From contig CAZAFV010000007.1 of NCBI GenBank assembly GCA_964484385.1, forward strand, positions 1,328 to 65,327: DNA of 64,000 nt, given 5' to 3'. Numbering within the stretch: the first letter of the stretch is position 1; each line of letters begins with the position of its first letter. Positions 25,022 to 34,392 of this stretch are shown one piece after another. The notes beneath the pieces are model-generated. The model was not told the origin of the DNA and searched no databases. It worked only from the letters and a program-made list of their open reading frames with translations. This DNA is from an uncultured Acidimicrobiales bacterium (GTDB lineage Bacteria; Actinomycetota; Acidimicrobiia; Acidimicrobiales; Poriferisodalaceae). Both the position numbers and the translations under genes were made by a program.

Positions 25022-26113
25022 CTAGTCGAAGTCGATGACGGTACGGGTGCCCACGCGCTGGCGCATCTGCTCATAGCCCACGTTGATGTCCTCCAGCGGC
25101 ATGTGCGCCGAGATCATCTCGTCGAGCATCAGGCGGCCGTCGAGATACATGTCGACGTAACGGGGCATGTCCACCCGGAAGGCGTTCGAGCCCATCATCG
25201 AGCCCTGCAGCCGCTTCTCGAGCATGAACACCTCATAACCCGTGATCTCGATCTTCTCGCCGAACGGCATCATGCCGACGATGACCGTGGTGCCGCCGGC
25301 TCGCGACGACGACCAAGCCTGCTCGCAGGTCTGCTTCAGCCCGATGCACTCGAATGCGTAGTCGACACCGCCGCCTGTCAGCTCCTTGATCGCCTCGACA
25401 GGATCGCCCTCGGAGGCGTTGACCGTGTCGGTGGCGCCCACCTGGCGGGCCGTTTCCAGCTTGGAATCTTCGACGTCCACCGAGATGACCCGGCCGGCTC
25501 CGGCGATGCGGGCACCTTGCACTGCCGACAGGCCGATGCCGCCCGCGCCGTACACGGCCACGGTCGCGCCTGGCTCGATTCGAGCGGTCTTGAACACTGC
25601 ACCCAGGCCCGTGGTGACGCCGCAGCCGATGAGCGCCGCACGATCGAGCGGCATGTCGTCGCGAATCTTCACGACAGCGTTCTGGTGGATCAGCATCTCC
25701 TCTGCGAATCCGCCGAGACGGGCGAACTGCCCTACCTCGGTGCCGTCGGGCTTGGCCAGCCGTGGTGCGGTACCGGAAGGCCGTGCAACGGCAGCGGGAT
25801 TGGCGCAGATATTCGGACGACCGGTCAGGCAACGCTCGCAGTGACCGCAGAAGACCGACAGGCAGCTGATGACGTGGTCGCCGGGCTTCACATAAGACAC
25901 GTTCTCGCCGACCGCTTCGACCACACCGGCACTCTCGTGACCCATGACAGCGGGGAGCTGGTACGGCCAGTGGGCATCCATGAAGTGCAGATCGCTGTGG
26001 CACAGACCCGCGTGCACCACCCGCAACAGGACCTCGTCGGGAGCGGGTGCATCGACGGAGATGTCCTCGATCTCGAGTTCGCCCGGAATCTCGTTGAGCA
26101 CTGCAGCTTTCAT
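25022..26113 (-). CDS. zinc-dependent alcohol dehydrogenase family protein
   Basis: GLCHSDLH and GHESAGVV zinc ligands, a structural-Zn Cys cluster CGHCERC...C, and the Rossmann motif VYGAGGIG. Confidence 0.85.
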   Translation of the reverse strand: MKAAVLNEIPGELEIEDISVDAPAPDEVLLRVVHAGLCHSDLHFMDAHWPYQLPAVMGHESAGVVEAVGENVSYVKPGDHVISCLSVFCGHCERCLTGRPNICANPAAVARPSGTAPRLAKPDGTEVGQFARLGGFAEEMLIHQNAVVKIRDDMPLDRAALIGCGVTTGLGAVFKTARIEPGATVAVYGAGGIGLSAVQGARIAGAGRVISVDVEDSKLETARQVGATDTVNASEGDPVEAIKELTGGGVDYAFECIGLKQTCEQAWSSSRAGGTTVIVGMMPFGEKIEITGYEVFMLEKRLQGSMMGSNAFRVDMPRYVDMYLDGRLMLDEMISAHMPLEDINVGYEQMRQRVGTRTVIDFD

Positions 26114-26199
26114 GGCCGGCTTCCCCTCTCGTCACGCACGTCGGCGGCGCGACTCGGCATCGCCGCAGCGTACTCACCCTCAGAATGCGGCAGGAAACC

Positions 26200-27579
26200 T
26201 CACGGCGTGGGGCCTCCGCGCCGCAGTACCTCCGGTCTGATCAGCAGCCACAGCGTCATGCCGGCGAGTCCCAATGAGGCCATCAAGATGACCGCGGTGC
26301 GGGCGCCGAGCTGCTGCGCCACCTCGCCGAGCACGTAGGTGCCCACCGGCAGTGCGCCGATCGCCATGCTCAGCAAGCCCATCGCACGGCCCCGCATCTC
26401 CTCCGACACGGTGGTGAGCACCAAGGTCGACTGCGTTGCAGCGAAGAGCCCGCTGCCGCAGCTGGCGACGTACAGCGTGATAACGGCGATCAGCACGTTC
26501 GGCGACAGCGCCCACACGATGAGCATCGCCATCGCCACGAAGACTCCGAACGAGTAGGCGATCCCCCAGCGACCGTCGCCCCACTTGGCGGTGACCAGCG
26601 ATCCGGTGATCATGCCGAAGCCGGTCATCGAGCCGATGATCCCGATCTGCGATGCCGTGGCATTGACCTGGTCGCCGATGAGCTGGACGGCCGGGAAGTA
26701 GGCGAACATGAAGAAGTTCGCCATCACGGTGACACCCAGGATGCTGAGCAGACTGCGATTGGTCCGCGCCAAGCGCAAACCAGCCCGCAGCTCCGCGAGC
26801 GTCGAGGTGCGGTCTCGGCTGTGTTGTTGTGCCTCGCCAGCTCGGCCGTGTTGCTGCGCCTCGCCGGCTCGGCCGATCGGCACAACTTCGAAGATCCGGT
26901 CCCGGAGCGCGTCGGACCATCGATCAGTCGCTGTCGTCACAGGCCGGGCCGGCGGTACGTGCGGTACCCACATGAGGAGCACCAAGCCGAGGCCCAGCAT
27001 GACGGCCACCCCCAGGAAGGCTGCCCCTACGCCAGCCCGGTCAGCAAATGCGCCACCCAGCAGCTGCCCCGCCGCTACGCCTGAGGCGAGCGCCATCGTC
27101 TCCCACGCCATTGCCTTGTGCAGCCGATGCGGCCCCACGATGTCGAGCACCAGAGCTCGACGGCTGGTCATGTCCACCACCCAGCCGATGCCCGCGAACA
27201 ACAAGAACGGATACAGCAGTGCGATGCCCAGTTGCCCAGCCCGCTCGGCCAGCCCTACCACGGCCACGAACGGCACCAGAAGCGCCGTCTGCAATCGCAC
27301 GGTGCGCCGACGGTCGAAGCGATCCGAGATCACCCCGCCGATGGCCCCGCCGAGCAGCAGAGGCGCCCACATGATGGCCCCAGTCAGCTGCACCATCCGT
27401 GGCGAGCCGGTGATCTGGTTGACGTGATAGCTGGCCAGGAACGCAATCGCCCAGCGTCCCCAGTGCCAGCACAGCCCGCTGAACCACAGCGGGGCGAAGC
27501 CGCGGGCCGAGAATGCACCGCCGCCGCGGACCTCGGGCTCAAGGCGCGGCGCCTCAGCGGCCGCCGCCCCCCTGCGCAT
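26200..27579 (-). CDS. MFS transporter
   Basis: 459-aa, 12-TM-like hydrophobic ORF with a central loop carrying a duplicated GRAGEAQQH nonapeptide. The start is uncertain. Confidence 0.75.
   Translation of the reverse strand: MRRGAAAAEAPRLEPEVRGGGAFSARGFAPLWFSGLCWHWGRWAIAFLASYHVNQITGSPRMVQLTGAIMWAPLLLGGAIGGVISDRFDRRRTVRLQTALLVPFVAVVGLAERAGQLGIALLYPFLLFAGIGWVVDMTSRRALVLDIVGPHRLHKAMAWETMALASGVAAGQLLGGAFADRAGVGAAFLGVAVMLGLGLVLLMWVPHVPPARPVTTATDRWSDALRDRIFEVVPIGRAGEAQQHGRAGEAQQHSRDRTSTLAELRAGLRLARTNRSLLSILGVTVMANFFMFAYFPAVQLIGDQVNATASQIGIIGSMTGFGMITGSLVTAKWGDGRWGIAYSFGVFVAMAMLIVWALSPNVLIAVITLYVASCGSGLFAATQSTLVLTTVSEEMRGRAMGLLSMAIGALPVGTYVLGEVAQQLGARTAVILMASLGLAGMTLWLLIRPEVLRRGGPTP
26821..26874. 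repeat. 27-bp in-frame tandem duplication inside the MFS gene
   Basis: gtgttgttgtgcctcgccagctcggcc / gtgttgctgcgcctcgccggctcggcc, 24 of 27 identical. It encodes GRAGEAQQH twice on the minus strand. Confidence 0.85.
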
Positions 27580-27638
27580 CAGCGCGGCATCCTACGAGGG
27601 CGCTCTGGCCGGCGTATCTTCCTCTGACCGCTGACAGA

Positions 27639-29849
27639 TCAGGCGGGAACCGCAGATGCCGGGGCGACGGTCACCGGCACGCCATTGACGGCGGCGTTAC
27701 CGGACGGAACGTCAACGAAGTCGGGCGGGACGAGCAGGTTGTAGTTGACACCGGCGTACCTGCTCGCCACTGATTGGCGGGTGCCTGGCTTGTCGTGCCC
27801 CCATCCGTGGGGCAGCGACACGACGCCCGGGTACATCTGATCGCTGACTTCCACAGGCACCTCGACGGCACCGCTCGACGACGAGACCCGGGCCAGTTCA
27901 CCGTCGGTCACACCCGCGTTCGCGGCATCGTCGGGATGGATGAGCAGCGTGCAGCGATCCTTGCCGCGCACCAAGACCTCGACGTTGTGCATCCACGAGT
28001 TGTTCGAGCGCACATGGCGTCGGCTGGTGAGTACCAGCGATGCGTCGGACCGTTCGAGGCTCGCCTCCAAGCGCTCGACATCGGAGGTGATGCGCCCAGG
28101 CGCCAGGTCGATCTTGCCGTCGGGGTTCACCACGATGTCGTCGACTTGGGGGACCATCGGACCCATGTCGAGCCCGTTCGGCAGCTCCTTGAGCTTGTCG
28201 AGGTTCAAGCCGTCGGGATTCTCGCCGTAGCGATCGCCCCACGGACCGGTGCGGATGGCCAGATCGTTCAGCCGCTCGGGCCCGGGTTCGGGCGATGCCT
28301 CCAGCGCCATCGCCGGGTCAACGCCGGCCAGCTCAGCGAGCGCCGAGAAGTAGAGGTCGTCGAACTCGGCCGCATTCACGTCTCCCATGCCGGCACACAT
28401 TGCTCCGAGCCGAGTGAGGATCTCCCATTCGTCGGGTCGGTCGTCGGCAGGCGGGAACAGCGGGGGCGCATATTTCGCCGCAGAGCGCTTGGCCCAGCCC
28501 CACAGCATCTCGGAGTAGAAGTGCTGCTCCAGCGCGGCCAGCCCCGGCAAGACGACGTGGGCGTGGCGGGAGGTCTCGTTCAGCGCATTGTCCACCGAGA
28601 TCATCGCCTCCAGCAGCGGCAATGCCCCATCGAGGCGCTCGGAATTGGGGGCCGACAGCACCGGGTTGCCGCCCACCACGATCAACCCTTTGAGCTGCCC
28701 CTCGCCGGGCGTGTCGATCTCCTCTGCGAGGCACCCCATCGGGAACTGGCCGAGCACCTCGGGAATGTCGCGAACCCTGCTCCGCCAGCGGTCGAACCCG
28801 CCCTCGAAGCCCCAGTCCTGCTGCAGCATCGACCACGCCACCGGCTTCGCCCACATCATCCCGCCGACCGCGTCCAGGTTGCCGGTGAGCGCGCAGATGA
28901 CGTCGGGCAGCCACGACGCCAGCGTGCCGAACTCCTGGTTGCAGGTGCCGATGCGGGCGTACCACACAGCGCGCTCGGCGGCGGCGAACTCGCGCGCGAG
29001 GGTGCGGATCGTCCCGGCGTCCGCACCGCACGCGTCGGCCACTCGCTCCGGCGGGAACTCAGCAGCAATGGCCCGCACCTCGTCCACACCCTTGAGCCGA
29101 TCAGCCAGGTGCCCTAGTCGCACGAGCCCTTCGTCGAACAGCACGTTCACTACGGCGAGCTGCAGCAGCGCATCGGTGCCCGGCCGAACCGGCAGCCACT
29201 GGTCGGCATGGGCGCAGGTTTCGCTGCGGCGAGGGTCGATCACCACCACCTTGCCGCGCTCGCGCACCAAATCCAGCGCACCTGGAACATCGGGGCAGCC
29301 CATAAAGCTGCCCTGGCTGGCGGACGGGTTGGCGCCCTGCACCACCATGAAATCGGTGCGGTCGATGTCGGGCACCGGGATGCGCCACGAGTGCCCGTAC
29401 ATCAGCTGACACGCCACGTTTTTGGACCACGTGTCGACGGTGCCAGACGAGTACACCGTGGGTATCCCGGCGAGCTGCAGGAACATGCCGGCATAGCGGC
29501 TGATGGAGTAGTTGAAGCCAGTGGCGTTGCCGAGGTAGGCGGTGATTGCCTCGACGCCGTACTTGTCCCGGACGCCGCCGAGCAGCTCGGCGCAGCGCTC
29601 CAAGGCCGCATCCCAGCTGGCCTCGACCAGATCGCCGGCTGCGTTGCGGACCAGCGGCCTGCGCACTCGATCGGGATCGGCGTACATGTGCCCGAGCACG
29701 GTGCCCTTGGGGCAGATGTAGCCCTTCGACCAGACATCGTCGCGATTCGGTCTGATCAGCTTCACTTCGCCGCCGGCGTGATGCACCTCGAGCCCGCACA
29801 TCGCTTCGCACAATGAGCAGCTTCGGATATGAATCTGGCGATCGGTCAT
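27639..29849 (-). CDS. molybdopterin (bis-MGD) oxidoreductase family protein, paralogue of 13610-15799
   Basis: 736 aa with the N-terminal SCSLCEAMCGL...GYICPKG Fe-S motif. It is colinear with the first paralogue through to ...VSLPHGWGH. Confidence 0.85.
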   Translation of the reverse strand: MTDRQIHIRSCSLCEAMCGLEVHHAGGEVKLIRPNRDDVWSKGYICPKGTVLGHMYADPDRVRRPLVRNAAGDLVEASWDAALERCAELLGGVRDKYGVEAITAYLGNATGFNYSISRYAGMFLQLAGIPTVYSSGTVDTWSKNVACQLMYGHSWRIPVPDIDRTDFMVVQGANPSASQGSFMGCPDVPGALDLVRERGKVVVIDPRRSETCAHADQWLPVRPGTDALLQLAVVNVLFDEGLVRLGHLADRLKGVDEVRAIAAEFPPERVADACGADAGTIRTLAREFAAAERAVWYARIGTCNQEFGTLASWLPDVICALTGNLDAVGGMMWAKPVAWSMLQQDWGFEGGFDRWRSRVRDIPEVLGQFPMGCLAEEIDTPGEGQLKGLIVVGGNPVLSAPNSERLDGALPLLEAMISVDNALNETSRHAHVVLPGLAALEQHFYSEMLWGWAKRSAAKYAPPLFPPADDRPDEWEILTRLGAMCAGMGDVNAAEFDDLYFSALAELAGVDPAMALEASPEPGPERLNDLAIRTGPWGDRYGENPDGLNLDKLKELPNGLDMGPMVPQVDDIVVNPDGKIDLAPGRITSDVERLEASLERSDASLVLTSRRHVRSNNSWMHNVEVLVRGKDRCTLLIHPDDAANAGVTDGELARVSSSSGAVEVPVEVSDQMYPGVVSLPHGWGHDKPGTRQSVASRYAGVNYNLLVPPDFVDVPSGNAAVNGVPVTVAPASAVPA

Positions 29850-30013
29850 ACGGGCCCTTTTCTCGCGGCGTGCCCGAGGTGCCCCGGGGTCTCCCGAGAT
29901 TACGTCCCAAGCACGGGCAACCGCCCGCTCCCGCTGTTGACTGCCAAGCAGTCGGCGATAGTTCTGGCGGAGGCGCTGATCGGGATTTTGCGCCTGCGGC
30001 TACTATCGAGGCG

Positions 30014-30295
30014 GTGACATCGACTGATCCGGCGCCTGCGCAGGCAGACGCCGGCACCGAGCCGCAGCCCGTCCTGACTGATGTCTGGCAGGGAGACGAC
30101 GGCGCCGGCTTCGACGCTGAGCGCAGCAACGTCAAGATCTGCCGCAACGCGCGCCATTTCACCTTCGACGGCTTTGCTGAAGGCGACGAGGACATCGCCA
30201 CGTCGTGGCGGAGACTGCTCGAGCGCGAAGGCAAGGCATCCCCCGACGGCACCTCGGTGCGCGACCTGGTCCTCGGTCCCACTTCAGGCGACTGA
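30014..30295 (+). CDS. hypothetical small protein (93 aa)
   Basis: GTG start. GC3-rich codons run through ...CRNARHFTFDGFAEGDEDIATSWRRLLEREGK.... It ends 26 nt before coxD. I recognise no family. Confidence 0.3.
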   Translation: MTSTDPAPAQADAGTEPQPVLTDVWQGDDGAGFDAERSNVKICRNARHFTFDGFAEGDEDIATSWRRLLEREGKASPDGTSVRDLVLGPTSGD

Positions 30296-30321
30296 GGCCG
30301 GCGGCGTTCCGGGCTCCAACG

Positions 30322-31215
30322 GTGAGCGACCAGCCCCGCAACGAGACACCGGCGAGCGTTGCCGACCTCCAGGCACAGCTTCGCTCAGCCGGCTATCTCG
30401 CGAGCCGAGGCCTGGCCACCGCAACGCTCATCGGGATGCGGTTGGGCCGGCCAATCCTGCTCGAAGGCGAGGTCGGAGTAGGCAAGACCGAGATGGCCAA
30501 GTGCCTCGCGCATATCGGCGGGCGGGAGCTGATCCGCCTGCAGTGCTACGAGGGCATCGACACCTACCAAGCGCTCTACGAGTGGGACTACGCGCGGCAG
30601 ATGCTGCACGTCAGGGCGCTGTCGGAGAGCGAGCTGACTGACGCCGAGGCTGTCAGCGGGCTGTACGGCCCTGAATTCCTCATCGAGCGGCCGCTGCTGT
30701 CGGCGATCAAGGCCGGCAGCAGTGCGGTGCTGCTCATCGACGAGGTCGATCGTGCCGACGACGAATTCGAGGCCTTCCTGCTGGAGCTGCTGTCGGACTT
30801 CCAGATCACGATTCCCGAGATCGGCACCGTCACCGCGGCCAGCCGGCCGATGGTGGTGGTGACCTCGAATCGCACCCGGGAACTGCACGACGCCCTCAAG
30901 CGCCGATGCCTCTACCACTGGATCGGTTACCCCAGCTTCGAGGAGGAGATCGAGATCGTGCGCTTGCGTGCGCCCGATGCTGTCGCAACCCTCGCCCACA
31001 AGGTGGTTGCTGCCGTTCAGCGCCTGCGCGACATGGATCTCGCCAAGCCGCCGGGTATCGCCGAGACGCTGGACTGGGTGGATGCGCTCGGCGTGCTGGG
31101 CACCGACGATCTCGATGCGGCGGCCGCAGCCGACACGATCGGCGCGGTCATCAAGGACCGTGACGACCTCGAATTGATCGAAACCGAACTCGACAGGGTT
31201 GTTGCCGATGCCTGA
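30322..31215 (+). CDS. coxD: MoxR-type AAA+ ATPase, CoxD-like CO-dehydrogenase maturation factor
   Basis: GTG at 30322. Walker A is LEGEVGVGKTEMAK and Walker B is VLLIDEVDRA, with a MoxR-type layout. It lies next to a VWA protein and the coxMSL genes. Confidence 0.8.
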   Translation: MSDQPRNETPASVADLQAQLRSAGYLASRGLATATLIGMRLGRPILLEGEVGVGKTEMAKCLAHIGGRELIRLQCYEGIDTYQALYEWDYARQMLHVRALSESELTDAEAVSGLYGPEFLIERPLLSAIKAGSSAVLLIDEVDRADDEFEAFLLELLSDFQITIPEIGTVTAASRPMVVVTSNRTRELHDALKRRCLYHWIGYPSFEEEIEIVRLRAPDAVATLAHKVVAAVQRLRDMDLAKPPGIAETLDWVDALGVLGTDDLDAAAAADTIGAVIKDRDDLELIETELDRVVADA

Positions 31216-31229
31216 CCGCGGCGCCGCTG

Positions 31230-32396
31230 ATGCCTGACGTGGGTCGGGCACCCGAAGCTGTGGCCAACACGCCGCCAATGGAATTCGTAGCGAGGCTCGT
31301 CGGCTTTGGCCATGCGTTGCGGGACGAGGGCCTGCCGGTGGGCTCCGACGACGTGGTCACGTTCTGCTCTGCGGTTTCCGAACTCACGCCGAGCGATCTC
31401 GAAGACGTCTACTGGAGCGGCCGCACGACGCTGGTCCATCGCCGGGACCACCTGCCGCTCTACGACGAGGTGTTCCGCCGGTACTTCTTGGGACACCGGG
31501 CCCCGGCCAAACCCCAGCCTTCCGAATCCGAACCGATCGCGCAGGGCCAGAGCGGCACCCTGAACGTGCCAGACAGCGAGCCTGGCACTCAAACGGGTGA
31601 CGACCGGCCGATGGTGCTCGGGCGTCAGGCCTCTGGGGTCGAGTTCCAGCGCGACAAGCGCTTCGCGGAGTGCACGCCCACCGAGCTGGCTGCGCTGCGG
31701 CGCATCATGGCGCAGGTTCGACTCGAACCGCCCCGCCGTCGCACCCGGCGGCGTCGCACCGACCCGTCGGGGGCACGCCTCGACATCCGCCGCATAGCCC
31801 GCGACGCCATGCGTCTCAGCCACGCCGCCCCGGTCCTGCATCGCGTGACGCGAGCCGAGCGGGCTCGCCCGCTCGTGCTGATCCTCGACATATCGGGGTC
31901 GATGGCCGACTACTCCCGGAACCTGCTGCAGTTCGCATACTCGATGCGCAGGGCGGCCCAGAAGGTGGAGGTGTTCTGCTTCGGCACCCGGTTGACGCGC
32001 ATCACCCCAGCGCTCGACCGACGCAACCCCGACGACGCGATGAAGCTGGCGGCTGCCCGCGTCCTGGACTGGGACGGAGGCACCCGGATCGGGGCATCGC
32101 TGGACAGCTTCATCCGCAGGTGGGGCCGCAAAGGACTCAGCCGTGGCGCCACCGTCGTCATCTGCTCCGACGGGCTGGATCGGGGCGAGCCTGCCGCCCT
32201 GGCGAGCGCGATGGAACGCCTGAGCCGGCTCTGCCACCGGATCATCTGGATGAACCCGCTGGTCGGCGACCACCCGGACACTCCGCCCAGCACACTGGGC
32301 ATGATGGCCGCCGGCCCGTTCATCGACACGCTTGAATCGGGCCACGACTTGGCGAGCCTGGAACAGTTCGCCGCCAAGCTGGCCCACGTCGGGTGA
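31230..32396 (+). CDS. coxE: VWA domain protein, CoxE-like
   Basis: 388 aa. The C-terminal VWA domain has the MIDAS-type LILDISGSM motif. It immediately follows the MoxR ATPase. Confidence 0.8.
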   Translation: MPDVGRAPEAVANTPPMEFVARLVGFGHALRDEGLPVGSDDVVTFCSAVSELTPSDLEDVYWSGRTTLVHRRDHLPLYDEVFRRYFLGHRAPAKPQPSESEPIAQGQSGTLNVPDSEPGTQTGDDRPMVLGRQASGVEFQRDKRFAECTPTELAALRRIMAQVRLEPPRRRTRRRRTDPSGARLDIRRIARDAMRLSHAAPVLHRVTRAERARPLVLILDISGSMADYSRNLLQFAYSMRRAAQKVEVFCFGTRLTRITPALDRRNPDDAMKLAAARVLDWDGGTRIGASLDSFIRRWGRKGLSRGATVVICSDGLDRGEPAALASAMERLSRLCHRIIWMNPLVGDHPDTPPSTLGMMAAGPFIDTLESGHDLASLEQFAAKLAHVG

Positions 32397-32423
32397 TCCT
32401 GGGGTCCTGATGAGCCGCGAACG

Positions 32424-32708
32424 ATGAGCCGGTGGAGCGTTTCCATCCAAGCCGAAGGCGACCGCCCCATCGAATTGGATGAGGTGGTCGCGCTGGCCGA
32501 TGCTGTCGCACCGCTCGAAGGCATCGCATCCGGCGTCGGTGCGATGGCATACGGCGCCCAGATCGTTGTGGAGGCTGAGAGTTCCGACCAAGCCGTCGAA
32601 GCGGCCATGGCGGCGTTCGCTGCTGCTGTCGAGACCGCAGACCTCCCCGCCTGGCCGATGACCCGAGCCGAGGTGATCGGCGAGGACGAGTTGGACTTCG
32701 ACGAATGA
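32424..32708 (+). CDS. hypothetical acidic protein (94 aa)
   Basis: ATG start and GC3-biased codons. It lies 27 nt after coxE. I recognise no motif. Confidence 0.45.
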   Translation: MSRWSVSIQAEGDRPIELDEVVALADAVAPLEGIASGVGAMAYGAQIVVEAESSDQAVEAAMAAFAAAVETADLPAWPMTRAEVIGEDELDFDE

Positions 32709-32732
32709 CGCGGCCCCAGTGATTCGGCCCCA

Positions 32733-33200
32733 ATGATTCGACTTGGCTCGCTTGCCGGCTACCCCTTCGAGGGACCACGGGTGCTCGGCGGTTGGACGCC
32801 GCCGAGGGGTGCAGCCGTGTTCGCGGTCCTGTACCGGGCCGACCCCGACGGCAAGCCGTACGACTACGCCGTGCTCGACGTCGACCACGCGGACAACCTG
32901 GCAGCGGCCGGACTGCCGTTCGGCCACCCCCGCGCCAAGTGCTGGGAACGGCGCGCTGGCAACAAGTGGAACCTCCACATCTGCACCTACGAGGTACCGG
33001 GCGGGCTGCGCTCACATCGCGAGCAGATCGTCCAGGAGCTCGTCGCCATCTATCGGCCCGGCTGCGCGCCCGACCAGTTCGACCGGGTGTGGGAGGACGA
33101 ATGGATCGGCAGCTACCGAGCCCCCACTGCGGGCCCGCTCACGACCACGCGAGACCCCAGCGGTTCGACCGGACCAACCTCTGAGTCGGGCTCGAGCTGA
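32733..33200 (+). CDS. hypothetical protein (155 aa)
   Basis: ATG start and coding-like codon bias. There is faint GIY-YIG-like spacing (AVFAVLY-x11-YAVLD...REQIVQELVAIYRP) but the canonical catalytic residues are absent. Confidence 0.45.
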   Translation: MIRLGSLAGYPFEGPRVLGGWTPPRGAAVFAVLYRADPDGKPYDYAVLDVDHADNLAAAGLPFGHPRAKCWERRAGNKWNLHICTYEVPGGLRSHREQIVQELVAIYRPGCAPDQFDRVWEDEWIGSYRAPTAGPLTTTRDPSGSTGPTSESGSS

Positions 33201-33210
33201 CTGCCGGCGG

Positions 33211-33573
33211 CTATTCGGGGTGGTAGCCGACTGCGTCGTGAAGCCGGCTGCGGCGCGTGCCCATCGCGGGCCGGGCCGGCGACGGCTCGCGAGGCTCGGG
33301 TTCAGGCTCGTAGGTGGCACCGGTCACGATGCCTTCGGCCATGCCGTACAGCAGTGGCAGAGCGCCGGCGATGACGCCGGCCGTGTTGTTGATGCGCTCG
33401 ACGCCCGGCTCGACGGCCTCAGCGTCGGACTTGATCTTCCAGACGATCTGCGAGCACTCCTCGAGCAGGCCGGCGATCCGGGTGAGCTGGCTGCCCACCA
33501 CGAACAGGTAGAACGCGAGCCCGGCAATGAACAAGCCGATCAGGATGACGGAGAGAACAACGAGTGTCGTCAT
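33211..33573 (-). CDS. small single-pass membrane protein, paralogue 5 (120 aa, Pro/Glu-rich tail)
   Basis: N-terminal TM helix TLVVLSVILIGLFIAGLAFYLFVV followed by a helical domain. The ATG overlaps the stop of the upstream paralogue (ATGA). Confidence 0.6.
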   Translation of the reverse strand: MTTLVVLSVILIGLFIAGLAFYLFVVGSQLTRIAGLLEECSQIVWKIKSDAEAVEPGVERINNTAGVIAGALPLLYGMAEGIVTGATYEPEPEPREPSPARPAMGTRRSRLHDAVGYHPE

Positions 33574-33860
33574 GAGCGCACCTTGTCGAGTACTCGGCCC
33601 AGGAACAGGTGATGTTCGAGACCTTCGGTCAGCACCGCGTCCACCCCGTCGGCAGTTTCGGCGATCAGGGCGGTGTCAGACGTGTTGGCGGCGGCTCGTT
33701 CGAGCGTGCCTTTGATGGTCTCCACCCGGCGCTCGATCGTGCGCACCAGAAGCACCAGCATGGTGAGCAGCACCACCACGGCCACGATCACCACGAATCC
33801 GCCGATGATGACCCCCCACCAGAGGTTCTCTTGGGTGTCGGTGAGAGCCAGCAGGTTCAT
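33570..33860 (-). CDS. small single-pass membrane protein, paralogue 4 (96 aa)
   Basis: TM helix WWGVIIGGFVVIVAVVVLLTMLVLLV followed by a helical region IERRVETIKGTLERAAANT.... It starts 1 nt after the stop of paralogue 3. Confidence 0.6.
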   Translation of the reverse strand: MNLLALTDTQENLWWGVIIGGFVVIVAVVVLLTMLVLLVRTIERRVETIKGTLERAAANTSDTALIAETADGVDAVLTEGLEHHLFLGRVLDKVRS

Positions 33861-33861
33861 G

Positions 33862-34140
33862 TCAGCCTCCTAACCGGTTCCGGCCACGCTTGAGGCCGTC
33901 GACGATCACCGTTGCCGCCGCGATCGTCGTGTTCAGTTCCCCGAGCGCCGCCGTGTTGGTGACGGCGTCTTCCAGTCCGTCGTTGATCTCGGTGGCCCGA
34001 TTGCCGATCGAACGGGCCAGCATCAGGATGGGCACGACGAGGGCGACCACCGCGATCACGACGACGATGCCGATGACGTAGCCGATGACCCATCCGGTGG
34101 TGGATCCGGCGTCCGAACTCTGGGCGAGTAACTGCAGCAT
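33862..34140 (-). CDS. small single-pass membrane protein, paralogue 3 (92 aa)
   Basis: TM helix WVIGYVIGIVVVIAVVALVVPILML followed by IGNRATEINDGLEDAVTNTAALGELN.... Confidence 0.6.
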   Translation of the reverse strand: MLQLLAQSSDAGSTTGWVIGYVIGIVVVIAVVALVVPILMLARSIGNRATEINDGLEDAVTNTAALGELNTTIAAATVIVDGLKRGRNRLGG

Positions 34141-34153
34141 GGCGGTGCCTCCC

Positions 34154-34384
34154 TCAGATCGATTCGCAGAAGTCGTGGACGGGCATCAGCGTCGAGTTGA
34201 CCGACGGCAACACAGTGGGCACCGTCGAGGTCTGTTCGGCGATGACGCGAACGCCGCCGGCCACTTGGGTGAGCGTGCGGTGCACCGCAACCAGGTGCAG
34301 CACCACGCGGAGCAGCCCGACCGCAGCCGCCAAGATGATCAAGCCGCCGATGATGACAGTGACCCAGGCAACAACAGGCATCAC
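34154..34384 (-). CDS. small single-pass membrane protein, paralogue 2 (76 aa)
   Basis: TM helix VVAWVTVIIGGLIILAAAVGLL followed by VHRTLTQVAGGVRVIAEQTS.... Confidence 0.55.
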   Translation of the reverse strand: MMPVVAWVTVIIGGLIILAAAVGLLRVVLHLVAVHRTLTQVAGGVRVIAEQTSTVPTVLPSVNSTLMPVHDFCESI

Positions 34385-34392
34385 GTCCCCTT

